DNA of 43,222 bases from Infirmifilum sp. (GTDB lineage Archaea; Thermoproteota; Thermoprotei; Thermofilales; Thermofilaceae), in contig JBEULP010000069.1 in assembly GCA_041287245.1 (NCBI GenBank), forward strand, positions 1 to 43,222, written 5' to 3'. Below the pieces are notes generated by a model. It did no database searches. It was not told the DNA's origin and was given only the letters and a program-made list of their open reading frames with translations. Positions 18,962-28,105 of this stretch are shown here, in pieces. The first letter of the stretch is position 1; each line of letters opens with the position of its first letter. Both the position numbers and the translations under genes were made by a program.

Positions 18962-19242
18962 GCAATGATGTCCACACAATACTGCGCGACGCCCTGGAGG
19001 GTCTCACAAAACGTCTGATTAAAAGGGTAGAGGAAGAGCTCTCCGGCGACCCGGGTCTCCAGGTAACAATTTCTGCGCTTTTTGGGGAGGACTGGCCCTA
19101 TGATCTTACAGTAGAGGTGGAGGTTAACTCGAGGCTTTACAAGAAGGAGTTCGTACAACAGAAAATTGAGGAATTGTTAGAGGAGGAACTCAGGAAGACA
19201 GAGGAAGAGCTTAGGAAAAAAGGTCTCAGCGTAATGCCATAG
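18958..19242 (+). CDS. Small conserved protein, DUF3194-like
   Basis: Overlaps the pfdB stop (GTGA); helix-strand-strand-helix pattern (DLTVEVEV); typical pfdB neighbour. Confidence 0.55.
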   Translation: MSNDVHTILRDALEGLTKRLIKRVEEELSGDPGLQVTISALFGEDWPYDLTVEVEVNSRLYKKEFVQQKIEELLEEELRKTEEELRKKGLSVMP

Positions 19243-19253
19243 GTGAGAGCTTC

Positions 19254-20297
19254 ATGTGCGCACCCCCTCTGAAGTCCATGGAGGAGCAGTTTGAAGAACT
19301 ACGTGTTTATCTAAGGGGACTAGCCGGGTCAAAGGTACTCGTAGTGACACATAGAAACGCGGATCCCGACGCTATAGGGTGTGCTTTTATTATGCGTGAC
19401 GCCTGCGCCTCGCTTGGGATAAAAGTAGAAATCTGTATTCCCGAGGGTCCAGACAAGCAAGCACGTGCCATACTAGAGTCATTTGGATTTTCGTGGAGAG
19501 AAGAGTGCGAACCAGAGGACCACCTCCTCGTCTGCGACACCTCGAACAAAATGATGCTGGGAAAAGCCCAGTACCTTCTCGACGCCGTGAAGAGCTTAAT
19601 CGTGATAGACCATCATAGCCCCCCAGGCAGTCTAGTAGAAAGGGCGACAGCTAGCCTAATCATCCCTGAGCCAGCCTCAACAGTCCTTGCCGTCCTCCTA
19701 GCCGACAAGGTAGGGGTAAGGCTTGACAGCACAATCGCTACAATAGGCTTAACAGGTATCCTCTACGACACGCGCAGGTTCTTAACCGCAACTCCAAATG
19801 TTTTTCTCGCCTCGAAAATTCTCTTAGAGAGCGGCGGTGACTATGCTCTCGCCTTAAAGTTTTTAGAACCCCGCGAGGATCGGTCTCAAGCCATAGCTAG
19901 GCTTAAAGGAGTTCAGAGGGCCAGTGTTCTCGACGTTTGTGGTTACTTAGTAGCAGTTTCCGAGTCTAGTGCACACGAAGCGGCAGTGGCCAAAGCTCTA
20001 GTTACTCTAGGGGTTGACCTAGCTCTTGTAGCCGGAGGTCATGACATCTCAAGAGCGAGCGTGCGTGTTTCCGGCAGGTTGCAGGAGAAGGGGTTTGACA
20101 GTTCGAAGCTAGTCGAAAAAGTTGCCAGGATGATAGGAGGAGAAGCCGGAGGTCATCCAGGGGCCAGTGGGATTAGCAAATATGAAGTTAAAAGGAACCT
20201 TAAAATAGTAAAGAACGAGGTTTTGAGACAACTTCTCCTAAACGCGGTGGAAATGATAATGGAAATTTGTGACATTTCAGGGAATAGCTACCAATAA
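19254..20297 (+). CDS. DHH-family phosphoesterase (DHH + DHHA1)
   Basis: THRNADPDAIG, VCDT, IDHH, GILYDT, AGGHPGASG. Confidence 0.9.
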   Translation: MCAPPLKSMEEQFEELRVYLRGLAGSKVLVVTHRNADPDAIGCAFIMRDACASLGIKVEICIPEGPDKQARAILESFGFSWREECEPEDHLLVCDTSNKMMLGKAQYLLDAVKSLIVIDHHSPPGSLVERATASLIIPEPASTVLAVLLADKVGVRLDSTIATIGLTGILYDTRRFLTATPNVFLASKILLESGGDYALALKFLEPREDRSQAIARLKGVQRASVLDVCGYLVAVSESSAHEAAVAKALVTLGVDLALVAGGHDISRASVRVSGRLQEKGFDSSKLVEKVARMIGGEAGGHPGASGISKYEVKRNLKIVKNEVLRQLLLNAVEMIMEICDISGNSYQ

Positions 20298-20314
20298 GAA
20301 TTTGGGAACGTTGA

Positions 20315-20929
20315 CTATTGCGCCACTGCTTCAGGCTTAACTAGCGGGATTTCGAAGGGACTCGTAAGCACTTTTATCTTCCTGACCTCAGCCTTTTTAA
20401 GAGGATATATTTTCCTAGCGTTAACCTCTATTTCTGTCGCTATATTTCCCAGTACGGCCTGTTGGACAAAAGTGTCAAAATCTAACTGGCTCGCCTTCTC
20501 CTCTAATATCTGGAACATTATCTTTCTAATCGTCTTCTTCTGGGAAGTCTTCACCCTACTAACGGTAACAGCCATACTCATTACTCGCAGCTTTACACCA
20601 TCCTTTGTCTGGACATCTATTATCGCGTCAATCCTAGAGGTTCCCCTTCTAACGAGGCTCCGGATATAGTCACGTGTAAGCTCCATAAGTTTCAACTGAG
20701 TGTAGCCTATAGCGCCTTCTACCCTTACTATCTGGAACTTGAGTTTTATGTGCAGTTGAGATGGGTCCTTCGTGATATCATAGAAGCTCACCTCTACCGT
20801 TCTGCCAACAGCGTTTTCAGGCTCGTTGGTTGGGATACTGCCGAGTTCGGCGAAGCCAAAAGCCTTAGGAGCAAGTACCTTAATCCACTTTTTCATCGCC
20901 CACTTGTCTCTAGTTTTCCTCGTGCTCAA
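20315..20929 (-). CDS. rps3ae: 30S ribosomal protein S3Ae (eS1)
   Basis: DKWAMKKW, GRTVEV, TRDYIRSLVRR, IYPLKKAEVRK. Confidence 0.97.
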   Translation of the reverse strand: MSTRKTRDKWAMKKWIKVLAPKAFGFAELGSIPTNEPENAVGRTVEVSFYDITKDPSQLHIKLKFQIVRVEGAIGYTQLKLMELTRDYIRSLVRRGTSRIDAIIDVQTKDGVKLRVMSMAVTVSRVKTSQKKTIRKIMFQILEEKASQLDFDTFVQQAVLGNIATEIEVNARKIYPLKKAEVRKIKVLTSPFEIPLVKPEAVAQ

Positions 20930-21019
20930 AGCACAAACCCCCTGCTAGCTACAATCTAAATCTTTTAAACTTTCCGTTAAGCGACGCGCTTAAATCCACG
21001 AGGCATGTTTTTCAAATAG

Positions 21020-21078
21020 CCGATGAGGAAGGAGGTGATCTGTGAATTTCATGGTGAACGGCGGCTTTGGAGATCTGA
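21020..21078 (+). ncRNA. Candidate C/D-box sRNA, or an unusually long Shine-Dalgarno sequence
   Basis: CCGATGA (C-like), GGAAGGAGGTGATC, ATGGTGA (C'-like), CTGA (D); overlaps the helicase start. Confidence 0.25.
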
Positions 21079-22940
21079 GGCTCTCTTTCGAGAGAAGAAG
21101 AGGCTTAAGTGAAAATGAGTTCAGAGATTTTCTAGCCTATGCTAGGAAGATCGCCAACTTCGACCCGGAGCGGAAAATCTGGGTTGTCTCCCCCGAGAAG
21201 GTGGCTAGGCTAGATGTGGGAGAGCTTAAGGAGGTTCTCGGCGTTCTTGAAAGGCTATCCACCATAACTTCTGAAGAGATAGATATGATTATATCCAGCC
21301 GTGAGTTGAGGGGTTCAGGTTCTGCTCAGAGCGCGACACTTTACCTTACAAATTTTCTCGAGATGAGAGGGTCAAAGGAAATTTTAGATAAAATACTCCG
21401 AGATAGTGATTTATCCAAATACTTTATCCCAAGGAATGGGAGAATTTATCTCGAGACAGTGGTGAATTTATCTGAGGCAGCGGGTCTACTTGAAAAGAAG
21501 TATGGGATAAAACTGTTCTATGCGCCTGATCTGCTCACCGTCAGGGTTCTACGTGAAAAATCCATGCTTAAGCTAGTCTTCGGTTTCGCAGATAAGAAAC
21601 TTTCAAAACTGTTGCTCGACGAAGGCACTATATCTTTCAATGTAGAGAAACCCATTCTAGGACCCGAGGGAGAATACCAGGGCTCGGAGCTAGTCTCAAG
21701 GACATATCGCGTTGCACACTGGAGCTGGAGTGATAAAACACTTGTCGCGCCAGTGGCTCTTATAGACAAGTACCTTTCAAAGCTGCAGAGTCTGGGATTC
21801 AAGGTTGAGATGTACATAGAGGAGAAGCCCGAGATATCCTTGCCTATGACTAAGAATTTTTCGCTCCTACCCCACCAGGAGGAGGCGTTCAACATCTGGA
21901 TGAAAAGGAAGAGGGGGACGATAGCTATCTTTACACGAGGGGGGAAATCGTTCATAGCATTGGAGGCGATCTACAGAATGAGAAAACCCTCGCTAATACT
22001 CGTTACCACACAGGAGCTCATGAACACGTGGCTTGAATATATTGAGAAGTACCTTGGGATTCCCTACCACTTCGTCGGATTACTGGGAGCGGGGGAACAA
22101 AAAATACGGGATATAACCGTCGCAACCTATACGAGTGCCGTTAAATACATCGACGTGATTAAAGACAGGTTCGAGCTAGTAATTTTCGATGAGGCTCACC
22201 ATGTCCCAGCCAGCACATTCAAAAACGTGGCTTTAAGGGTAGACTCTCTCTACAGGCTTGCCCTCTCTGCGACCCCCACACGGAGAGATAACAACCACAC
22301 ACTCTTGTACGAGCTCTGCGGCGCTTTACTCTATACACTGTCCTACGAGGATCTCGTCAGACTAAAGGTGGTAGCCCCCATCGAGAAATTCAAGGCGATT
22401 TTCGTCGAGAGTGACCAGGAAAAACTTCCAAAGCTACGCGAAGTACTCAACGAGAATGGCGGGGCAAAAACAATTATATTCACACAGTATCTGAAGACGG
22501 CTGAGACGGTATACGAGTATCTCCGGGCGAACAGCTATAAAGTCGTGATGATAACGGGGCAGACCCCGAGTATAAAGAGAGAACTACTCTTTAAAGACTT
22601 TCTTGAGGGCAGAGCCAACATAATCATCTCCACCACCGTGCTCGACGAGGGAATAACTGTTCCAGACGCGGAGGTAGCAGTAATATACGAGGGGAGCGGT
22701 GAGGGTAGACAAATGATCCAACGGATAGGCCGGGTGCTCGGCTACGCTCCTGGAAAAACAGCGAAGGTCTATGAGATCGTAAATATTACAAACCCCCGCG
22801 AAAAATACGCGTATTTAAGGAGATCATGGGTTAGGGATCTCTACACTTTTAAAGGCTTAGAAAAGTATGTCGAGGCTGCAAAGAAAGGAACCCTAGATGA
22901 GATAAATGCATCATACCAAAGGAGAATTGACACGTTCTAG
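21042..22940 (+). CDS. SF2 DEAH helicase, XPB/Rad25-like, with long N-terminal extension; start GTG 21042 or ATG 21051
   Basis: LLPHQEEA (Q motif), TRGGKS (motif I), FDEAHH (II), LSATP (III), LDEGITVP (V), QRIGR (VI). Confidence 0.88.
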   Translation: MNFMVNGGFGDLRLSFERRRGLSENEFRDFLAYARKIANFDPERKIWVVSPEKVARLDVGELKEVLGVLERLSTITSEEIDMIISSRELRGSGSAQSATLYLTNFLEMRGSKEILDKILRDSDLSKYFIPRNGRIYLETVVNLSEAAGLLEKKYGIKLFYAPDLLTVRVLREKSMLKLVFGFADKKLSKLLLDEGTISFNVEKPILGPEGEYQGSELVSRTYRVAHWSWSDKTLVAPVALIDKYLSKLQSLGFKVEMYIEEKPEISLPMTKNFSLLPHQEEAFNIWMKRKRGTIAIFTRGGKSFIALEAIYRMRKPSLILVTTQELMNTWLEYIEKYLGIPYHFVGLLGAGEQKIRDITVATYTSAVKYIDVIKDRFELVIFDEAHHVPASTFKNVALRVDSLYRLALSATPTRRDNNHTLLYELCGALLYTLSYEDLVRLKVVAPIEKFKAIFVESDQEKLPKLREVLNENGGAKTIIFTQYLKTAETVYEYLRANSYKVVMITGQTPSIKRELLFKDFLEGRANIIISTTVLDEGITVPDAEVAVIYEGSGEGRQMIQRIGRVLGYAPGKTAKVYEIVNITNPREKYAYLRRSWVRDLYTFKGLEKYVEAAKKGTLDEINASYQRRIDTF

Positions 22941-23659
22941 TAGCAATTGAGTGTCTCCGCTACCGTCTCCCTAATACTGGGGTTTCTACGTGCAGCCTGA
23001 CAGATAAAATCTTCGGGGCTTTCCTCCCCTGGGACTTCGGCATAGAAATAGAAGCCGGTTTTACCCTCCCGAGCACGTTTAGAACGCATAGCCTCTCTCT
23101 CAAGTACTGTTTGGAGAGAGACTCCCAGTAGCTCGGCAACTTCGTTTTCGCGGCCCATAACGGACCACTCGTCATGCCCGTAGCTCGTAGGCTCGATGAA
23201 TAATAACCTCTTATTAACTCCTCTAACTCTAATCTTCTCGAGAATCTCACGCGTTGAGACTGCCCCGGCATATCGAGGAAACTCTTCCTCTGTTCTTTTC
23301 AACTTAGATATTGGAACAGATACTTCAACCTTTTCGTCTAGAACTGCGATAAACCTTAGTGCCGTTTGTGGGGTAGCTTGGACTATCTTATACACTTTAA
23401 CCTCAAAGCCGGCGTTTTCCAGGCAAAGAGCGACCCTCCAGCTAGGGATATAACCCAGCAGGTAGACGTCCACGTCGCTGGAGGGACTAACATCTCCACG
23501 GGCAACACTCCCGATGATTAACGGTTGCTGTTCAAGGCTCTCTAAAGCCTGAAGGAGTTGTAATCCTCTCTCACGTAAGCTCTCTAGTAGTCTCCACCTC
23601 CACTCTGCGTATACAACGGGAGTCTTATCCTTGGCTTTTACCGGGTGGAGATTGCGCAA
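22937..23659 (-). CDS. Pol-beta superfamily nucleotidyltransferase (COG2413-type)
   Basis: GSVARGDVSPSSDVD, VQATP, RVRGVNKRL, GKTG. Confidence 0.85.
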   Translation of the reverse strand: MRNLHPVKAKDKTPVVYAEWRWRLLESLRERGLQLLQALESLEQQPLIIGSVARGDVSPSSDVDVYLLGYIPSWRVALCLENAGFEVKVYKIVQATPQTALRFIAVLDEKVEVSVPISKLKRTEEEFPRYAGAVSTREILEKIRVRGVNKRLLFIEPTSYGHDEWSVMGRENEVAELLGVSLQTVLEREAMRSKRAREGKTGFYFYAEVPGEESPEDFICQAARRNPSIRETVAETLNCY

Positions 23660-24014
23660 GGCTCTTCACTTTATAGGATGTTTCCAGGATTTGTAGTAGC
23701 ATCATAATGGCCCTTCCTATTTCATAGATTTCCTCTGGACTCGACACATTGTTGAGAGCAGTCTGGAGAATCTGCATTTTCTCAACCACGGTTTGCTCTA
23801 AGGATTGAAGTACGAGGCTGGACCTTGCCCTTATCTCTTCCTCGTCACTCGAGACAATGACGAATTTCTGGCCACACTTTGGACATATCACTTCCCCAGA
23901 CTTTAACCGGAAAAGCGGGACGCCACAGTGGGGGCATGTCCTGTCAAGCATGGTTGCCCCAGACTTTAGTAGAGATGCCATTCTGCTAAGAACTAATTTA
24001 TCCTCATCCTGCAC
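23625..24014 (-). CDS. UPF0148 / SSSCA1-like Zn-ribbon protein
   Basis: MASLLKSGATMLDRTCPHCGVPLF..CPKCG; SD GGGGGTG. Confidence 0.88.
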   Translation of the reverse strand: MQDEDKLVLSRMASLLKSGATMLDRTCPHCGVPLFRLKSGEVICPKCGQKFVIVSSDEEEIRARSSLVLQSLEQTVVEKMQILQTALNNVSSPEEIYEIGRAIMMLLQILETSYKVKSLAQSPPGKSQG

Positions 24015-24209
24015 CTAGAGCACCCCCGAGAAGCTTCGACCTTAAGGGTTCCAAACCAACCCCTCATACCTCATCATCTTTGATGTTTAAATGTTTAGTT
24101 TCGCCGCTCTTAATAACTATAGCACTTGCACACTACAGCTAAAGTGCTCGGAGAGCCGTAGCGCGCGCCGAGCACTAGGTTAATTTTCAAGGTACGCTAA
24201 ACATATCTT

Positions 24210-24800
24210 TTGAGAAGTGAGGAGTGGTGTGCATCTGTGAGTAGCCCCGGGGTAAGTATCGACAAAATATCCGTTTACGGGAAGAAGCTTGGAGAGTTTG
24301 AAACCCAGTGTCCCTACTGCGGCGGGAAAATGTTAGTGGCGGAGGTTGAATACGAGATCCCACACATTGGTAGGGCTCTAATAGTTAGTAAGAGATGCGG
24401 GAGATGCGGTTATAAGAGGAACGATATAGTACCCCTTGAGCAACGTCGGCACACAAGGCGATACTTTAAGGTGGAGGCACCTGACGACTTTGAAGTAAAA
24501 GTTGTGCGTTCACCGACAGCCAGAATAGTGATACCCGAGCTTGGCCTTGAGCTCGAACCCGGAATTGATGCCGAGATGTTTGTGACAAACATCGAAGGTG
24601 TCTTGTATTTATTCCTAGATGCTCTAGCTAGGCTAAAGGCTCTGGACCCTCAAGTAGATGCTAGATCCGTCGAGGAGGAACTGAGAAGTACAGCAAGCCA
24701 ACGGAAAACAGGATTCACCGTGGTCTTAGACGACGTAAATGGCTTAAGCGTTTTCTACTCTGATCTGCGAGAACCGTTTGTACTTGTTGAGGAAGTTTAA
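24210..24800 (+). CDS. ZPR1-type zinc-finger protein; start may be GTG 24237
   Basis: CPYCG, IPHIG, CGRCGYK, VVRS, IPELGLELEPG, VTNIEG. Confidence 0.9.
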   Translation: MRSEEWCASVSSPGVSIDKISVYGKKLGEFETQCPYCGGKMLVAEVEYEIPHIGRALIVSKRCGRCGYKRNDIVPLEQRRHTRRYFKVEAPDDFEVKVVRSPTARIVIPELGLELEPGIDAEMFVTNIEGVLYLFLDALARLKALDPQVDARSVEEELRSTASQRKTGFTVVLDDVNGLSVFYSDLREPFVLVEEV

Positions 24801-24916
24801 CAAAAGAGGTTATCTCACACCGAGGCTTTCGAGCCTCAAGGGCTAAACTATCCTAGCCTCGAGTGGAGCCTTTGAAAACATTTAAATCAGTCGCGTATGG
24901 AGGAAATTGGGGTCAT

Positions 24917-25120
24917 ATGAGTAAGGACGAGTCAAAAGGTAAAAAAGGCGGGAAAGGCGAGAAAGAGAGAAAGCCTACAGCAATGCCTGCTGCAGGCCTC
25001 TTAACATTCTACGAAGAGGACATAGGGGGTATAAAGGTAAGGCCCGAGATCGTAGTTGCTGGCACATTTCTTCTCGCATTAATAGTTATTATGGCGCATC
25101 TCGGAGTCTTCGGACCCTAG
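24917..25120 (+). CDS. secG: Preprotein translocase subunit Sec61beta
   Basis: Basic N-terminus, AGLLTFYEED..IKVRP, single C-terminal TM; start moved to ATG 24917. Confidence 0.92.
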   Translation: MSKDESKGKKGGKGEKERKPTAMPAAGLLTFYEEDIGGIKVRPEIVVAGTFLLALIVIMAHLGVFGP

Positions 25121-25216
25121 CGCCGCGCGCGAAAACTCAATCGTTTTTCTACCATCTCCCTGTTTGTTATTCTGGTATTATGCAAGGTCTCTGAAAAACC
25201 AGTAAGACTTTGACGT

Positions 25217-25975
25217 TTAATGCATGCGTGCCCGCTCAATGGCCTCAATTATCGAGCCCAGTTTCTCCCTTATGTTGTCCACTTCTTCTACGATTGTTCC
25301 TGTGACAATGACGTCCGCGCCAGCCTTTACCAGTTCTCCAGCAACTTGGGGTTCACGTATACCCCCACCGACAACGATGGGGAGTGAGACTGTTCTCCGA
25401 ACCATCCTAACCACGTTGGGAGGTACTGGCTCTGCGCCTGAGCCCCCTTCAAGATACACGAAACTGAACCCCATGTATTCGGCGGCGAGTGCATAGGCGG
25501 CGACAACATCCGGCTTTTCGAAGGGGAGTGGTCTAGTGTAGCTTACCAGTGAGACTGCCCCTCCCGAGCCTAGTATTATATATCCTAGTGAGATTGCCTC
25601 TAACCCATATCTCTTAACAATAGGAGCGCCTTGCATCTGTGCCCCGGTTATGAAATAAGGATTTTGAGAGTTAAGAACTGACATAAACCATACGGCATCT
25701 GCGTAGCGGCTTAGAGCCGAGGGGGTTCCGGGGAAAAGGATTACTGGAACGTTTACGGTTTTCTTTATGGCGAGTACAACCTCATCTGTCATGCCCTCTG
25801 ATACTCCTATGCTCCCACCAACCATTATTGCAGACGTTCCTGCCTCAACGGCCTCGCGGCTAATTCTGGAAGCCATTTCAGAGGAGGTTTTTTCTGGATC
25901 CAGCAGGGTCATGTGGATTGCTCCTTTCTCTTGAATTCGCTGCAAGATGTACTCTTTAACTCTCATCCTCGGCAT
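25217..25975 (-). CDS. Geranylgeranylglyceryl phosphate synthase
   Basis: TLLDPEK, IMVGGS, VILFPG, SVLNS, YLEGGSG, VGGGIR, IVTGT. Confidence 0.94.
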   Translation of the reverse strand: MPRMRVKEYILQRIQEKGAIHMTLLDPEKTSSEMASRISREAVEAGTSAIMVGGSIGVSEGMTDEVVLAIKKTVNVPVILFPGTPSALSRYADAVWFMSVLNSQNPYFITGAQMQGAPIVKRYGLEAISLGYIILGSGGAVSLVSYTRPLPFEKPDVVAAYALAAEYMGFSFVYLEGGSGAEPVPPNVVRMVRRTVSLPIVVGGGIREPQVAGELVKAGADVIVTGTIVEEVDNIREKLGSIIEAIERARMH

Positions 25976-26249
25976 CCTCTACACCTTCACCTTTGGGTGC
26001 AACAACGAGTTTTCCTGCCTCATAATCATCAAGGAATTTACTAAAATAATCCACAGGGTGAAGGTACTGGTTGTACTCGTACTTGCCCTGCAACCCACAG
26101 TTAGCACAAGTAACTAAAACTATTTTTTCCTTTCCCTTTGTAACCGTCACACTGACTGCTGACGCCCCACACGATGGGCATTGGAAAACCGTGGGTAACC
26201 TCCTCTTAGGAACAAGACGTGGACGCGAACGCTTACGTCTTCTCCCCAT
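25956..26249 (-). CDS. elf1: Transcription elongation factor Elf1 homolog
   Basis: MGRRRKR..LPTVFQCPSCG..CANCGL..PVDYFSKFLD. Confidence 0.92.
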   Translation of the reverse strand: MGRRRKRSRPRLVPKRRLPTVFQCPSCGASAVSVTVTKGKEKIVLVTCANCGLQGKYEYNQYLHPVDYFSKFLDDYEAGKLVVAPKGEGVEDAEDES

Positions 26250-26312
26250 TTTCCATACCTGCCTTAAGTGATTAGCGCCAAAATATAAGCTTGTGTTTTT
26301 GAAGACAATAGG

Positions 26313-27752
26313 CTAGGAGTAAGGAGTCAGCCTAAGATCCTCGACGATCAAGGAATACTTGTAATGCTCGGGAATAACCCTTGCCTTCACGATTACTTCT
26401 CTACCCTGAAGCTCCTTTCCAACATATGAAGATATGGCATCCAAGGATCCAGAAGAATACTCGCAGGCTTCTTGGAGCGGAAGAGAGAAGATCTTCTCAA
26501 AAACCCTTGGATTGTTACACAATCCCCGCTTGGTAGCTGTCCCATCGTCCAATAACAATGTCGCATGAAACAATGGCCTTTCCTTGTAGCACCTTATACG
26601 CGCATTTAATGAGAGAACGGTAGCCCTGTTTACAATACTTTCCTCGCCTACCAGGAACTTTGAGAATACGTGTCTGCGAGCTTCTCCTACTTCAGCTAGG
26701 CTTCTGGCATCCAAGCAAGGGGTTTCTCTAAGTATTCCTTCCGAGCGGTAAACGCCGATAATCTCATACGTTTTTCCCAGTTCGGATGTTAGAATGTTAA
26801 GCTCAGCGTCATGTGAGAGAACTAGGGAGCTGACCTCTTCTAATCCAGTTTGTTTGAAAAGGCGTAGGAAAACCCTGCCCCCCTCCTTCTTGAAGAGCAC
26901 ATAGCCCAGCACTTCGGCCTTTATCCCGAATAACTCACTTTGTCCCAGTTCAGAACAACTAAAATTGTTTATAGCCTCGGAGGTAGGCTCAAGCGTCCTT
27001 ATAGATGCCTCCTCACACCTAATCACCCTTAGCCCTCGGCTTGTATACTCTCTACAACCGCTCAGGAGAGCTGTAGCCCCCTCTTTGAGATGACCGCCCA
27101 AGAATGCTATTCCGACTACGGGATTACAATGAGAGTCGAAGCCTAAAATACACCTTCTGTTTTCTCTATCTATTAACCTAACTATTCTTACTAGTCTGGT
27201 TCCGGGATTATATTTGTCAAGGTACTCTAAAAGCTCCTGTATAGCATTAGTGGAAAGTACCCTCACCGAAGTGTTCTTGTCAAGGTAAATCTCATTTCTC
27301 TCACGGTACTTTCGAATAGAAACCTTTAGGAGCCGCACCTTAGATCCTACCTGTAGAGTCTCGTACAGCTTTTCAACCCCCTCCTCCCATACCACACCCC
27401 ATATAATCCCCGTCTCGTCGGCTAACGCGAACCGGAAGAATTTTTTACCATTAGAGGTAACCTTGGGTCCCGAGTTGAAGACAACCACTCCTTCGACATC
27501 AACGCCTCTGAAGCCTGAGGCAAGATCCCTAATTTTTAGCACTGCGAGAGAGGCGGGAGCAGATTCTCTCGACAACGTAACGCCCAGCTCCTTTGCCACC
27601 ATCAACGCAGCCGCATCCCTCCTTATGATCTCTCCGAACTCTCTAACTTTATCGCTAATCAGCCTCTCAACAGCCTCGCGGGTAAGGTTAGGCTTGGCTC
27701 TAAGTATATCCTGGATAATCAGATCGACTTCTTGCTCTTCACTGCTATTCAT
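26313..27752 (-). CDS. Multi-OB-fold RPA-like protein with DUF2240-type helical N-terminus
   Basis: AALMVAKELGV, KIRDL..VDVEGVV, LADETG..VVW, C-terminal LLLDDGT. Confidence 0.72.
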   Translation of the reverse strand: MNSSEEQEVDLIIQDILRAKPNLTREAVERLISDKVREFGEIIRRDAAALMVAKELGVTLSRESAPASLAVLKIRDLASGFRGVDVEGVVVFNSGPKVTSNGKKFFRFALADETGIIWGVVWEEGVEKLYETLQVGSKVRLLKVSIRKYRERNEIYLDKNTSVRVLSTNAIQELLEYLDKYNPGTRLVRIVRLIDRENRRCILGFDSHCNPVVGIAFLGGHLKEGATALLSGCREYTSRGLRVIRCEEASIRTLEPTSEAINNFSCSELGQSELFGIKAEVLGYVLFKKEGGRVFLRLFKQTGLEEVSSLVLSHDAELNILTSELGKTYEIIGVYRSEGILRETPCLDARSLAEVGEARRHVFSKFLVGEESIVNRATVLSLNARIRCYKERPLFHATLLLDDGTATKRGLCNNPRVFEKIFSLPLQEACEYSSGSLDAISSYVGKELQGREVIVKARVIPEHYKYSLIVEDLRLTPYS

Positions 27753-27774
27753 AGCGAGACCTTTAACGTAATGT

Positions 27775-28095
27775 TTATAGTGAAGCTAGAAAAGCCCTAT
27801 AAAAATCATCTACCGTCATTTTTTCCTTTTTAACCTTAAAGCCCTCCTTTATCACGAGATCAACGGCAACCATATGGTAGCATGCCTTAGACCTTCTGCG
27901 ATAAAAGACTGAGAACAGGAAGTCCTCACAGGAACAGTATAGCCCCGGGATCACCACATAAAACTTTTTCCGCTCCCTACTTTCGACAATGAATAATTCT
28001 ACCGTCTTGTTACCCTCGACGCCCTCGATCTCTACCTTCTTAACCCTGCCCTCGGACAAAGCTTTCCTAGCCTGTAAGACAACCCTAGAAGGCAA
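27775..28095 (-). CDS. SWIM zinc-finger protein
   Basis: YCSCEDF..ACYH (CxC..CxH); SD GGTGA before TTG. Confidence 0.85.
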   Translation of the reverse strand: MPSRVVLQARKALSEGRVKKVEIEGVEGNKTVELFIVESRERKKFYVVIPGLYCSCEDFLFSVFYRRRSKACYHMVAVDLVIKEGFKVKKEKMTVDDFYRAFLASL

Positions 28096-28105
28096 GCCTC
28101 ACCGC

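Noticed and set aside
24036..24077. Perfect C box ATGATGA on the minus strand with TCGA downstream
   Set aside because: Only 42 nt, no convincing D'/C' boxes and no recognisable target
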